Shown here one piece after another: positions 55,292 through 64,000 of a DNA stretch of 64,000 nt (position 1 is its first letter; the number at the start of each line of letters is the position of its first letter). The translations under genes were made by a program, and so were the position numbers. The DNA is taken from the NCBI GenBank assembly GCA_035446965.1, contig DAOTGE010000005.1, positions 7,116 to 71,115 on the forward strand, read 5' to 3'. This stretch comes from Eubacteriales bacterium (GTDB taxonomy: Bacteria; Bacillota; Clostridia; Christensenellales; CAG-138). Below the pieces are notes generated by a model that was not told the DNA's origin, ran no database searches, and saw only the letters and a program-made list of their open reading frames with translations.

Positions 55292-55355
55292 TGCAATAAC
55301 TTTCCTCGGCGCTGAAATGTTGAAGGTGATAAACGCCCGCGGCGGGCGGGGAAAA

Positions 55356-56645
55356 TCAGGATTGGAAAAAGCGCGTAAGCAGCGGACGATTCTGGTGCAG
55401 CATTTCGTTCAGGCACGGCTGCGTCCTGTCGACGTCCGCGGTGATGGGATTGCAGGCCAGCGCGCGCAGCGCCGTGCCGCGTTCGCCCGTGAGCGCGGCT
55501 TCGACGGTCAGCGTTTCATATGCTTTAACGCTTTCGATCAGCGTTTTGAGCACAGGGTTCGGCGCGGCAAACACCGGATTGTGCGTAATGCTGTTCCGCT
55601 CGACATAGCAGCTTGTTTCAATTACGCTTGCGTCGCTTAAAAACGGAAGCGTGCCGTTGTTCTGCACGTCGATGACGTGATGTCCCGGCGCCGCGCCGGA
55701 AAGGGACGCAATCAGCGCGATTGCCGCCTCCGAATAGAGGTGTCCGCCGCGCTCGGCCAGCATGGGCGGGACGCTTACGTTGCGAAGGTCCGCATAATAG
55801 GAAAGCAGCCGCGTTTCAATGTCCTTGCAGACTTCGCCGCGCGTCTGCGCAGCGTGCAGCAGCTCCTGAAATTTACGGTCGCGATAGAAAAAGTACTGCA
55901 GATAATCATTGGGGATTGCGCCTAAAAGCTCGATGATCGGACGGTAGTTTTTGACCCAGGGATCGGCTGCAGCGGCTTCGTCGAGCGATTCCGGGGTCAG
56001 CAGAGACGGCAGCCGGTCGAGTCCGTCCGCGTATACGCCGGTGATTGCGCCGCAGTGGTTGAGGGAAATGGACTCAAGCCTGACGCGGTCCATCGGAACG
56101 CCCAGCAGTTTTGCAACGCGCTCCTGCGTGCCGATCGGCAGATTGCATAGTCCGATCGCCTTGACGGACGTGTGATTGAGCAGATATTCCGTGATGATGC
56201 CGGAAGGGTTCGTGAAGTTGACGAGCCAGGCCTCCGGCGCGCATTTTTCAATCGCCCGTGCGATGCGTTCGATCTGCGGGATGGTGCGCAGCGCGTTGGT
56301 AAATCCGCCGATGCCGGTCGTTTCCTGGCCGATCATGCCGAATTCCAGCGGGATTTTTTCGTCCCGGATGCGCGCTTCCAGCCTCCCCGCGCGAATCTGA
56401 GTGACGATGTAGTCCGCGCCTTCAAGCGTGCGCTCAAGGTCCGTGCTGCGGAAAATACGCGGCTCCATTCCGTTTTCATACAGAACGCGCTCACAAAAAT
56501 CGCCGACGAGGTTCAGCCGCGATTCGTCGATATCCGTCAGACGGAGTTCGTCGAGCGGGAGAAGTTCCCTGCGTTTGATCAATCCCTGCATCAGCTCGGG
56601 ACAGTATGTGCTGCCCGCGCCGACGACGGCTAGCCGAATACCCAT
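55356..56645 (-). CDS. GH4 family 6-phospho-glycosidase (6-phospho-beta-glucosidase-like)
   Basis: Met53 of ORF 55356..56801, after AGGAGGTATTGCTTT. VVGAGSTYCPEL (NAD site), NFTNPSGI, GLCNLPIG. Confidence 0.85.
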   Translation of the reverse strand: MGIRLAVVGAGSTYCPELMQGLIKRRELLPLDELRLTDIDESRLNLVGDFCERVLYENGMEPRIFRSTDLERTLEGADYIVTQIRAGRLEARIRDEKIPLEFGMIGQETTGIGGFTNALRTIPQIERIARAIEKCAPEAWLVNFTNPSGIITEYLLNHTSVKAIGLCNLPIGTQERVAKLLGVPMDRVRLESISLNHCGAITGVYADGLDRLPSLLTPESLDEAAAADPWVKNYRPIIELLGAIPNDYLQYFFYRDRKFQELLHAAQTRGEVCKDIETRLLSYYADLRNVSVPPMLAERGGHLYSEAAIALIASLSGAAPGHHVIDVQNNGTLPFLSDASVIETSCYVERNSITHNPVFAAPNPVLKTLIESVKAYETLTVEAALTGERGTALRALACNPITADVDRTQPCLNEMLHQNRPLLTRFFQS

Positions 56646-56848
56646 AAAGCAATACCTCCTGATCAGTATCGGTGAAAAGACAGAACAAGAATCAAAACCA
56701 CATATGGTGTAAATCGTCCGGAGAATGGACTCGGATTTTTGAAAAGCAACCGCCGCATAAGCATAAAGGCGGGAATTCTGTGCAGGCGGCACACAAACCA
56801 ATATCGCAAGTATAGCATATTTTTTATCGCGTTTTGTTATATGCGCGT

Positions 56849-56886
56849 AAAAAAAACGGCGGCGGGTTCAGAGCTGCCGCCGCCGG
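56849..56886 (-). terminator. Rho-independent terminator after the lipoprotein gene
   Basis: Minus strand reads CGGCGGCGG...CCGCCGCCG followed by a T8 run. Confidence 0.75.
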
Positions 56887-56929
56887 AGGGGGAGGGTAAG
56901 GAGGCTCGGAACGCCGGCCTGAAAACCGG

Positions 56930-57496
56930 CTAGGAAAGATACAAAACGGTGCCGGAATACATATGCAGGGGGTCGAAAGCAAGCGGATGCGCCGTTTGAG
57001 CCTGCTCCCCGGCCGCGGCGAGGAACAACAGCTCCGCCGTGCGGATTCCTGCCGGCGTTTCTTCTGCTTCGACGGCGACCGCGCCCGGCTGCACGGCGGA
57101 AGCGTCCTGCGCGGAGCAAGGGGTGAAATATACGTCGGCGCGCAGCGTTTTGTCCTCCGAAGAAGAAACGCAGAACAGCACGTCCTCTCCGGCGGGAAGT
57201 TCACCGCAGGCGAGCCGGCCGCATGCGTCCGTCAGGTCCGCAAAAACCCATGTGCCGTCAACGGAGAGGGAAACGGGGACCGTACGCAGCGGCTCGCCGT
57301 CCTGAAAAAACAGCGCGGAGACGAAAACGGAATCGCCGGTCTGCAAAGAGGCGCTGCCATCGGGAAGCTGATCGACGACAACAAAGTCCAGATCGTCCGG
57401 AAAATCAGATGCGCCGGCGGACTCTTTGGGTGCGCAGGCGCCGAGCAAAAGCAAACCAAACGCCGTCGCAAAAAGAAGAACCGCAATTCGTTTCAC
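56930..57496 (-). CDS. Lipoprotein of unknown function
   Basis: GTG start (residue 29 of ORF 56930..57580) lies 5 nt after AAGGAGA. Signal peptide KRIAVLLFATAFGLLLLGAC carries a lipobox. Confidence 0.65.
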   Translation of the reverse strand: MKRIAVLLFATAFGLLLLGACAPKESAGASDFPDDLDFVVVDQLPDGSASLQTGDSVFVSALFFQDGEPLRTVPVSLSVDGTWVFADLTDACGRLACGELPAGEDVLFCVSSSEDKTLRADVYFTPCSAQDASAVQPGAVAVEAEETPAGIRTAELLFLAAAGEQAQTAHPLAFDPLHMYSGTVLYLS

Positions 57497-57686
57497 TTTT
57501 GTCTCCTTTCGTGCAGATTGCGCCACATTTTCTATAAAATACAAATGCATACTGTAAACGGCTGAAAGCGCAGGCCGCACTTTTCGACTGTTTGCATTTT
57601 ACGGCACGAAGATTGAATCAGACTAAAAGCGTTTTTCAGGTTTTTTTCAGTTTTATCCGATAAAGTAACGGGAAGGGAGAGGACGC

Positions 57687-58409
57687 ATGCGGATTCTGGT
57701 GGTGGAAGACGAAGCGCGCCTGGCCGAAACGCTGAAGGACGTTTTCAGCGAGAAGAACTACAGCGTGACGCTTGCATTCGACGGAGTGAACGGGTACGAC
57801 GAAGCAGCCAGTGGCGTATACGACGTGATCGTGCTGGATGTGATGCTGCCGGGAATGGACGGGTTTGAACTGGTACGCAAGCTCCGCGCGGAGCGTGTGC
57901 CGACGCCGGTGCTGATGCTTACCGCGCGCGGAGAGACCCTGGACAAGGTATACGGGCTCGACTGCGGCGCGGACTATTATCTGACCAAGCCGTTCGAGGT
58001 TAACGAGCTGCTCGCCTGCGTGCGTGCGCTGCTCAGAAGGCCCGGCGAGGTGCAGGGCGAGGAAATCGTCTACGGTCTCACAAGGCTGAATCCGTCGAGC
58101 TATCTGATGCTCTGCCGGGGCCGCTCGATCCGGCTCAGCGCACGGGAATTTGAGATGATGCGCCTGCTGATGCTGCAAAAAGGCGCAATCATTTCCAAGG
58201 AGCGCATGCTGGTTAAGGTTTGGGGATACGACGCGGAAGTGGACGAGAGCAGCGTTGAGGTCTATGTATCCTTCCTGCGCAAGAAACTGACGCGGATTCA
58301 TTCCGACCTGGAGATCAAGGCGGTGCGGCGGGTCGGCTATCATCTGGTTCTGCAGAACGAAACACATGCGGACGCCAGGTCCTGCGCGGCTTCCATGCCG
58401 CGGGAATGA
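57687..58409 (+). CDS. OmpR-family two-component response regulator
   Basis: MRILVVEDE...DVIVLDVMLPGMDG...LTAR...KPF receiver domain and a winged-helix C-terminus (VEVYVSFLRKKL). Confidence 0.9.
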   Translation: MRILVVEDEARLAETLKDVFSEKNYSVTLAFDGVNGYDEAASGVYDVIVLDVMLPGMDGFELVRKLRAERVPTPVLMLTARGETLDKVYGLDCGADYYLTKPFEVNELLACVRALLRRPGEVQGEEIVYGLTRLNPSSYLMLCRGRSIRLSAREFEMMRLLMLQKGAIISKERMLVKVWGYDAEVDESSVEVYVSFLRKKLTRIHSDLEIKAVRRVGYHLVLQNETHADARSCAASMPRE

Positions 58410-58438
58410 GGGCCGTTAAGCGGGGGGACCGTTGAAAA

Positions 58439-59689
58439 ATGATCAGGAGACTTCGGCGAAAATTCGTTCTTATTAATATGAGTATCGTCACCGTAATCCT
58501 TACGGCGGTATTCGTCGTGCTGCTGAGTATGACGAAAGCGGGCGCCGTGTCCGACAGCATGCTCGTGCTGCGCCGCGCCGCGTCCAACGACAACGCGATC
58601 AACGCGCTCTCGGAAAACGCGTCCCAGATGCAGATTCCGTTTTTCGCCGTGGACGTGGACCGCGCGGGTCACATTGCAATCCTTAACGGCAGTTATTACG
58701 ACATGGCGGACCACGAGTCGATTCAGAGCATCGTTGCAGAGAGCATCCGCCAGAACGCTGAGGTTGGCACGCTGGACGAATTTGGTCTTCGCTACTACCG
58801 GCAGACGACGCCGTTCGGCGTGCGGATTGCGTTTGCGGATATATCGCTCGAAAAAAGCATGAGCGAGCGGTATGTGCAGAATGCACTGATGATCGGCGGC
58901 GCGACACTGCTGCTGTTCTTCGGCATCAGCGTGCTGCTGGCGCGCTGGGCGGTCCGCCCGGTGGAGGACGCATGGAAGCGGCAGAAACAGTTTGTGGAGG
59001 ACGCGTCCCATGAGCTTAAAACGCCGCTGACGGTCGTGCTGAGCAACGCGGACCTGCTTTTGCGGCACACGGGCGGCGAAGCGGAGCGTTCGGAACAGTG
59101 GATCCGGAATATCCGGGCGGAGGCGCTGCGCATGCGCACGCTTGTTGAGGACATGCTTTCGCTTGCGCGCGTGGAAAACACTGCAAACGCGGGGATTACC
59201 TTTGAGCGCGTCGATCTTTCGGCGGCTGCCGGCGACTGCGTGCTGCAGCTGGAGGCGACCGCGTATGAAAACGGCAAGACGCTTGCGAGCGAGATTGAGG
59301 AAGGCATCTGCGTTCAGGGCTGCCTTCAGCAGCTCCAGCAACTCACAGAGAACCTTTTGAGCAACGCTGTGCGATACTCGGACAAGGGCGGAAGCGTGCT
59401 GCTGAAGCTCTCCAGACGCGGCAAAAAAGCGGTGCTCACGGTGGAAAACACAGGCGAAGCGATCCCGAAAGAACGACTTGGGCGCGTGTTTGAGCGGTTT
59501 TACCGGCTTGACGGCGCGCGCAGCGAAGGCGGGTGCGGGCTTGGGCTGGCAATCGCCAAGGGGATTGCCGAGCGGCATCACGGGAAGATATGGGCGGAGA
59601 GCGGGGAAGGCATGGTTCGCTTCATTACTGAGCTGCCGTGCCTGGCGCAAAGGGACTGTGAAGACGAGGAAGAGGACGGCAAAGCGTGA
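58439..59689 (+). CDS. Sensor histidine kinase (HisKA + HATPase_c)
   Basis: Two TMs flank a ~130-aa periplasmic loop. H-box ASHELKTPLT. G-box GGCGLGLAIAKGI. Confidence 0.9.
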   Translation: MIRRLRRKFVLINMSIVTVILTAVFVVLLSMTKAGAVSDSMLVLRRAASNDNAINALSENASQMQIPFFAVDVDRAGHIAILNGSYYDMADHESIQSIVAESIRQNAEVGTLDEFGLRYYRQTTPFGVRIAFADISLEKSMSERYVQNALMIGGATLLLFFGISVLLARWAVRPVEDAWKRQKQFVEDASHELKTPLTVVLSNADLLLRHTGGEAERSEQWIRNIRAEALRMRTLVEDMLSLARVENTANAGITFERVDLSAAAGDCVLQLEATAYENGKTLASEIEEGICVQGCLQQLQQLTENLLSNAVRYSDKGGSVLLKLSRRGKKAVLTVENTGEAIPKERLGRVFERFYRLDGARSEGGCGLGLAIAKGIAERHHGKIWAESGEGMVRFITELPCLAQRDCEDEEEDGKA

Positions 59690-59971
59690 GAAAACAAACG
59701 TTATCCATGGTTTGTGATGTGTAAAACAGGCCGAAATTGGATATTTTTTGCAAATTTAGGTAGAAAATATCGAAAAAGTATGTTTTTTTGTGCTCCTGGC
59801 TCTTTTCTTCCGTCCACAAGTATAGTACAATAGGGCGTGCAGTGCCTTACAAAGTGTGCTGGTTGCATTATTTCGAGGATAACGCCTTGAACGATGCGGC
59901 ATTTCGCGGTTACGCACGGTTGCTGTTTACGAGCGTATACTGTTGAAAGATATGCGGAGGAGTAGAAAGAC

Positions 59972-60307
59972 ATGGACATTGGTGCGAGCATTAAAAGGCT
60001 CAGAAAATCACATGGTGAAACACAGCAGCAACTGGGAGAAGCCGTAGGCGTTGTGCAGCAGTCCGTAGCTGCATGGGAAGCCAACCGCTGTATGCCGGAT
60101 ATCGCGTCTCTGGTAGCGATAGCGACCCATTATGGGACGTCGACGGACAGCATTCTCGGTTTAACGGAAGAACCCAGTTACCTGATGGACACCGAAGGGA
60201 TGCAGTCCTACCGCAACGACGTTGCGCTGGCGGACCGGCTCCCGCAGGACATCCGTGAAGGCGTACTTGCGCTGATCCGTTTGGAACGCGCAAAATACGG
60301 CAGATAA
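59972..60307 (+). CDS. XRE-family helix-turn-helix protein
   Basis: IKRLRKSHGETQQQLGEAVGVVQQSVAAWEANRCMPDIASLVAIATHYGTSTDSILG. GGAGGAG SD. Confidence 0.85.
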   Translation: MDIGASIKRLRKSHGETQQQLGEAVGVVQQSVAAWEANRCMPDIASLVAIATHYGTSTDSILGLTEEPSYLMDTEGMQSYRNDVALADRLPQDIREGVLALIRLERAKYGR

Positions 60308-60602
60308 ACAGGCCCGGCAGCATTACGCCCGTCTTGTAACCCCGTCTGTTGAATCGATCACCTGAATCGGAGGAACATCAGAGCAAGGAACAGCCCCCCG
60401 GTGTTCCGGCCAGGCAGCAATGCAGCTTGGCCGGAGTGCCGGAAGGTCTGTTTTGCATACGTAAAAAACAAACGCCATGCTGTGCTTATCCGCTTGGCCT
60501 AAGAAGCGGAGGGGGTTGCGCATACCGAGCGGTTCATATTATAATATCTGCGGACGGCACATCACCGTTATTTTCAAGTCGCAATTTTTTATGAGGTGAA
60601 TT

Positions 60603-61274
60603 ATGGATTACAAAGCCATAGCCGATCGCATGGGGCCGCGCGTAGGCGCCACGCAGGAGTGGATTTTTCATGTGCTGCGCGAAGGAATTGTCAGCGGACA
60701 GCTTCCCGGCGGAATGCAGCTTAAGCAGGACGAAATTTCCACCGCGCTCAACGTCAGCCACATTCCCGTGCGCGAAGCGCTCCGGCGGCTGGAATCGCAG
60801 GGACTTGTGCGGATTCATCCGAACCGCGGCGCCGCCGTAACACAGCTTACCCGTGAGCAACTGCTGGATATGATGGAGGTACGCGCAACGCTCTCGGTCA
60901 TGATGCTCAAGAACAGTGCGCCGCTGCTTACACAGGAAGATTTTGACGCACTTGAAGAGGTTGTCCGCCAGCAGCGGGAAACCCCGGACGACGATCTGAT
61001 GCGCTCCGAAGAGCTCAACTATAAATTTCACGACATCCTCACGTCCCGCGCGGACAATTCCATGGCGGACCTGATGCTTGAACTGGTGCATGCGAATATC
61101 GACCGGTATCTGCGCGCGAGTTTCTACGGAACAAGCCGGACGCGCGACGTTTCCATCGGACAGCATGAGGCGATTATAAAAGCCTGCCGCGAAGGCGACT
61201 TTGAGGCGGCGTGCAGTATCCTGCGCGACCACATCTTAAACGCCAAAGAGTTTATCCCCGCGTCGCTTAAATAA
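60603..61274 (+). CDS. GntR-family regulator with an FCD-type C-terminal domain
   Basis: ISTALNVSHIPVREALRRLESQGLVRIHPNRGAAV, followed by an all-helical C-terminal half. GAGGTGA SD. Confidence 0.85.
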   Translation: MDYKAIADRMGPRVGATQEWIFHVLREGIVSGQLPGGMQLKQDEISTALNVSHIPVREALRRLESQGLVRIHPNRGAAVTQLTREQLLDMMEVRATLSVMMLKNSAPLLTQEDFDALEEVVRQQRETPDDDLMRSEELNYKFHDILTSRADNSMADLMLELVHANIDRYLRASFYGTSRTRDVSIGQHEAIIKACREGDFEAACSILRDHILNAKEFIPASLK

Positions 61275-61297
61275 GGGTGGCGCCATTGCATTAAAGC

Positions 61298-61328
61298 AAA
61301 GCCTTTCGGATTCCGAAGGGCTTTTTTC
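61298..61328 (+). terminator. Rho-independent terminator after the gntR-like gene
   Basis: GCCTTTCGGA/TCCGAAGGGC stem followed by a T6 run. Confidence 0.75.
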
Positions 61329-61458
61329 TGTTTAAAATTCTATTGTAACAGGGGATTGGAAGAGAACGGAAAAGAAAGTTAGACTGTTCGAACTTTTTGC
61401 TTGACAAATCCTAGTAAAGAACTATTATATAAGCAGTGGTTTATATAAAGGAGCAATT

Positions 61459-61836
61459 ATGAACGATACAGCAAGGTACCCGCTCTGCGGCGGGGACCAT
61501 ATCGACAAACTGCACGAGCAGAGCATGATTGCACATCTGCCCGACGAAGGCAGTGCCGCGGACGCCGCGGCGCTGTTTGGCTACCTGGCCGACTCCACGC
61601 GCGTGCGCCTGCTTTCCATGCTGTCGGCGGGCGAAATGTGCGTGTGCGAAATGGCGGACGTTCTCGGCATGAGCCAGCCGGCGGTGTCGCATCACCTGCG
61701 CGTGCTGCGCCAGTGCGGCGTCGTTGGCTTCCGAAAGCAGGGACAGCGCGCGCTGTATTTCCTCAGCGACAATGAGACGGGCCGGACAATCCGCCGGTTG
61801 CTGTCCGTCGCTACTGGCGGGGAGGAAGAAGCATGA
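61459..61836 (+). CDS. ArsR/SmtB-family metalloregulator (CadC-like)
   Basis: TRVRLLSMLSAGEMCVCEMADVLGMSQPAVSHHLRVL with a CVC metal site and N-terminal Cys. AAGGAG SD. Confidence 0.88.
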   Translation: MNDTARYPLCGGDHIDKLHEQSMIAHLPDEGSAADAAALFGYLADSTRVRLLSMLSAGEMCVCEMADVLGMSQPAVSHHLRVLRQCGVVGFRKQGQRALYFLSDNETGRTIRRLLSVATGGEEEA

Positions 61837-63803
61837 CTGACAAAAACCGGTTTATCGACGGGAAATGCCGCTATTGCGGGATGGACCCCAGGCATTGCCT
61901 CTGCGGCAGTGCGGAAGGCGAAAGCTGTTCGCTTGGCTGCGGGGACGGGTGCTCCTGTGCAACGTCGCATACGCACGCCCATACGGGCGGCGAAAACGAA
62001 ACGGAGTGGAAACAGTTTGCCTTGATTGGAACTGCCGCGGGACTGCTGATCGGCAGCATTTTCCTTGCGGGGACGGTACAGACCGTCCTGCGCCTGGCGG
62101 CGTACCTGCTTGCGGGGTACGAGGTGCTCCTGCGCGCGGGCAGAGGGCTGATCAAAGGGCGGTTTTTCGACGAAAACTTGCTCATGAGCATTGCAACGAT
62201 CGGCGCAATCGTCCTTGGAGATTTTGCGGAAGCCGCGGCGGTCATGATTTTTTACGGCGTTGGCGAAGGGCTGCAGGAAGCGGCGGTCCGTTCGAGCCGC
62301 AGGCGCATAGCGGATGCGGTCGAACTGCGGCCCGACCATGCGCGCCGGTTGGAAAACGGCGAAGAAACGCAGGTAAAGCCGGAGGAGGTCGCCGTCGGCG
62401 AGACGATCCTCGTGAAAGTCGGCGAACGCGTGCCGCTGGATGGCGAAGTGCTGGAAGGCGAGAGCCTGCTGGACGTTTCCGCATTGACGGGCGAGCCGAA
62501 GCCGGTGCAGGTAAAGCGCGGCGCGGAGGTCTCCGCAGGCGCGGTCAATACGACCGGCGTTCTGACGCTGCGCGTAACGCGCCCTGCGGCGGAATCCGCA
62601 ACGAGCCGCCTTCTGCGCGCCGTCGAGGACGCGACGAAGAACAAACCCGCCGTCGAGCGGTTTATCACGAAGTTTTCGCGCTACTACACGCCCGCCGTCA
62701 TCGGCGCGGCGGTACTGGTTGCGGTGCTGCCGCCGCTGCTGGGCGCAGGCGCCTGGAGCGAATGGGTCCACCGCGCGCTGATTTTCCTTGTCATCAGCTG
62801 CCCCTGTGCGCTGGTGCTGAGCATCCCGCTGACGTTTTTTGCAGGGCTTGCGATTACGTCCCGCAACGGCGTTCTGTTTAAGGGCGCGGACGCGCTGGAA
62901 CGCCTGCCGGGAACGAAAGCCGTTGTGCTGGACAAAACGGGTACGCTGACCGAAGGGACGTTTGTCGTGCAGCGTGCGGAAAGCGTGGCGATGCCGGCGG
63001 ACGAACTGCTGGCGATTGCGTCCGCGGCGGAACAGGGCAGCCTGCATCCCGCTGCTGCGGCGATCGCCAAATCGGACACGCGCGGACGCCGCGCAAACGA
63101 CATGCGGGAATTTGCCGGGATGGGCGTTTCCGCCGAGGTGGACGGAAAGCGGGTGCTCGTCGGCAGCCGCGCGCTGCTGGAGCAGGAAGGCATTACAGCC
63201 GATTCGGACGCGAGCGTGCTGGTGGCTGTGGATGGCAAGTACGCCGGGGCGATCTACATTGGCGACCGAATCCGCGAGAGCGCGAAACCCGCCATCGAAG
63301 AACTCTACGAGGAGGCCGGGTATACGGCTATCCTCACCGGAGACGCCGAAGCCGCGGCGAAAGCCGTCGGCGCGCAGGTGGACGTGGACGAAGTATTTGC
63401 CGCGCTCCAGCCTGCGGACAAGCTCCGCGTCATGCGCGAAATCCGCGCAAAGCGCGGCAAAACGATGTTCGTCGGCGACGGCATCAACGACGCGCCGGTT
63501 CTCGCGGGAGCGGACGTAGGCGTTGCGGTCGCCAGCGGGACGGACATGGCCGCCGAGGCGGCGGACGCGCTGCTGCTCACGAGCGATTTAACGCGGCTGC
63601 CGTTCGCGATACGCGCCGCGAAGGAGACCGTGCGCACCGCGAAAGAAAACATCGGCATTGCGCTGACGATTAAAACCGCGGCGCTGGTACTCGGCGCGCT
63701 CGGACTGGCGGGCATGTGGGTCGCGGTGGTTGCGGACGTGGGCGCGGCCTGCATCTGCGTACTGCATACGCTCACGCTGTTTTATAAAACAAGAGAGAAG
63801 TGA
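61833..63803 (+). CDS. Heavy-metal (Cd/Zn/Co-type) P1B-type ATPase
   Basis: CPC motif SCPCALVLS, TGEP, DKTGTLT, GDGINDAP. Cys/His-rich N-terminus. ATGA overlap with the arsR-like gene. Confidence 0.9.
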   Translation: MTDKNRFIDGKCRYCGMDPRHCLCGSAEGESCSLGCGDGCSCATSHTHAHTGGENETEWKQFALIGTAAGLLIGSIFLAGTVQTVLRLAAYLLAGYEVLLRAGRGLIKGRFFDENLLMSIATIGAIVLGDFAEAAAVMIFYGVGEGLQEAAVRSSRRRIADAVELRPDHARRLENGEETQVKPEEVAVGETILVKVGERVPLDGEVLEGESLLDVSALTGEPKPVQVKRGAEVSAGAVNTTGVLTLRVTRPAAESATSRLLRAVEDATKNKPAVERFITKFSRYYTPAVIGAAVLVAVLPPLLGAGAWSEWVHRALIFLVISCPCALVLSIPLTFFAGLAITSRNGVLFKGADALERLPGTKAVVLDKTGTLTEGTFVVQRAESVAMPADELLAIASAAEQGSLHPAAAAIAKSDTRGRRANDMREFAGMGVSAEVDGKRVLVGSRALLEQEGITADSDASVLVAVDGKYAGAIYIGDRIRESAKPAIEELYEEAGYTAILTGDAEAAAKAVGAQVDVDEVFAALQPADKLRVMREIRAKRGKTMFVGDGINDAPVLAGADVGVAVASGTDMAAEAADALLLTSDLTRLPFAIRAAKETVRTAKENIGIALTIKTAALVLGALGLAGMWVAVVADVGAACICVLHTLTLFYKTREK

Positions 63804-64000
63804 TAGCGGGTGCCGACCGTCATGAAACCTGCGTTTGGCGGGACCACCATGTTTTAACGGGGAATGGCAAAAGCGCAAAGACAGCGCATGAATCGCGCGA
63901 CAGGGTATGCCGGACGAACCGGCGCGGAGGCAATCGATGGACGCCAAGCGCTGCGATACGCAATAATACCTGACGGCGTTTTGATCGGATGCCTTTACCT

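Noticed and set aside
60308-60602. Small ORFs 60349..60594 (+, 81 aa) and 60323..60523 (-, 66 aa) downstream of the XRE gene, considered as a possible toxin partner.
   Set aside because: They use non-ATG or unsupported starts, have no SD, and give Pro/Gly/Cys/Arg-rich translations without TM or known toxin features.
63804-64000. Sequence after the ATPase gene up to the window end, including ORF 63588..63947 (-).
   Set aside because: The minus ORF overlaps the ATPase 3' end and looks like a shadow frame. The remaining ~200 bp has no complete ORF, terminator or RNA motif I can support.

Overview
GC-rich chromosomal segment (about 60% GC by eye, not computed). Gene content looks Firmicutes/Clostridia-like: FloA-NfeD, the YybS-GdpP-RplI-DnaB block, a CotH kinase and a class II RNR. 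This taxonomic call is inference only, since no search was possible. I resolve about 60 protein-coding genes after discarding GC-driven antisense shadow ORFs and trimming over-extended N-termini to supported starts. There is one tRNA-Leu(UAA). I found no rRNA, CRISPR array, transposase, integrase or reverse transcriptase. Functional blocks, in order: two PadR modules each paired with a membrane sensor; a BlaI/M56 module; a large LTD-CotH surface protein; a split CHR transporter pair; the nfeD-floA operon; a REC-GGDEF(degenerate)-EAL protein; a UgtP-like glycosyltransferase with nrdJ; dapF; a glycan block (GPH symporter, PIG-L deacetylase, GH20); yybS-gdpP-rplI-dnaB; GH13; DUF5685 with a J-protein; a complete citrate lyase set (citXCG divergent from citDEF); a BadF-type kinase with GH4; an OmpR/HK pair; XRE and GntR regulators; and ArsR with a Cd/Zn-type P-type ATPase. 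Most unusual observations: (1) a ~195-bp hairpin-dense repeat present in 4 copies, each bracketed by a locus-specific duplicated terminator hairpin of ~20-23 bp, with compensatory stem changes between copies; (2) four genes whose ATG lies exactly 6 nt after a -10 hexamer with no Shine-Dalgarno, which are leaderless candidates; (3) a 27-bp duplication of the tRNA-Leu 3' end enclosing only ~150 bp; (4) a PadR-controlled fusion of a sensor helix domain to a degenerate SEDS (FtsW/RodA-like) module; (5) a J-domain protein ending in a cysteine string, translationally overlapped with DUF5685. CDS coordinates are anchored on the ORF track. Coordinates of non-ORF features were counted by hand and may be off by 1-2 nt. 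All family assignments are motif recognition from memory, not database hits.
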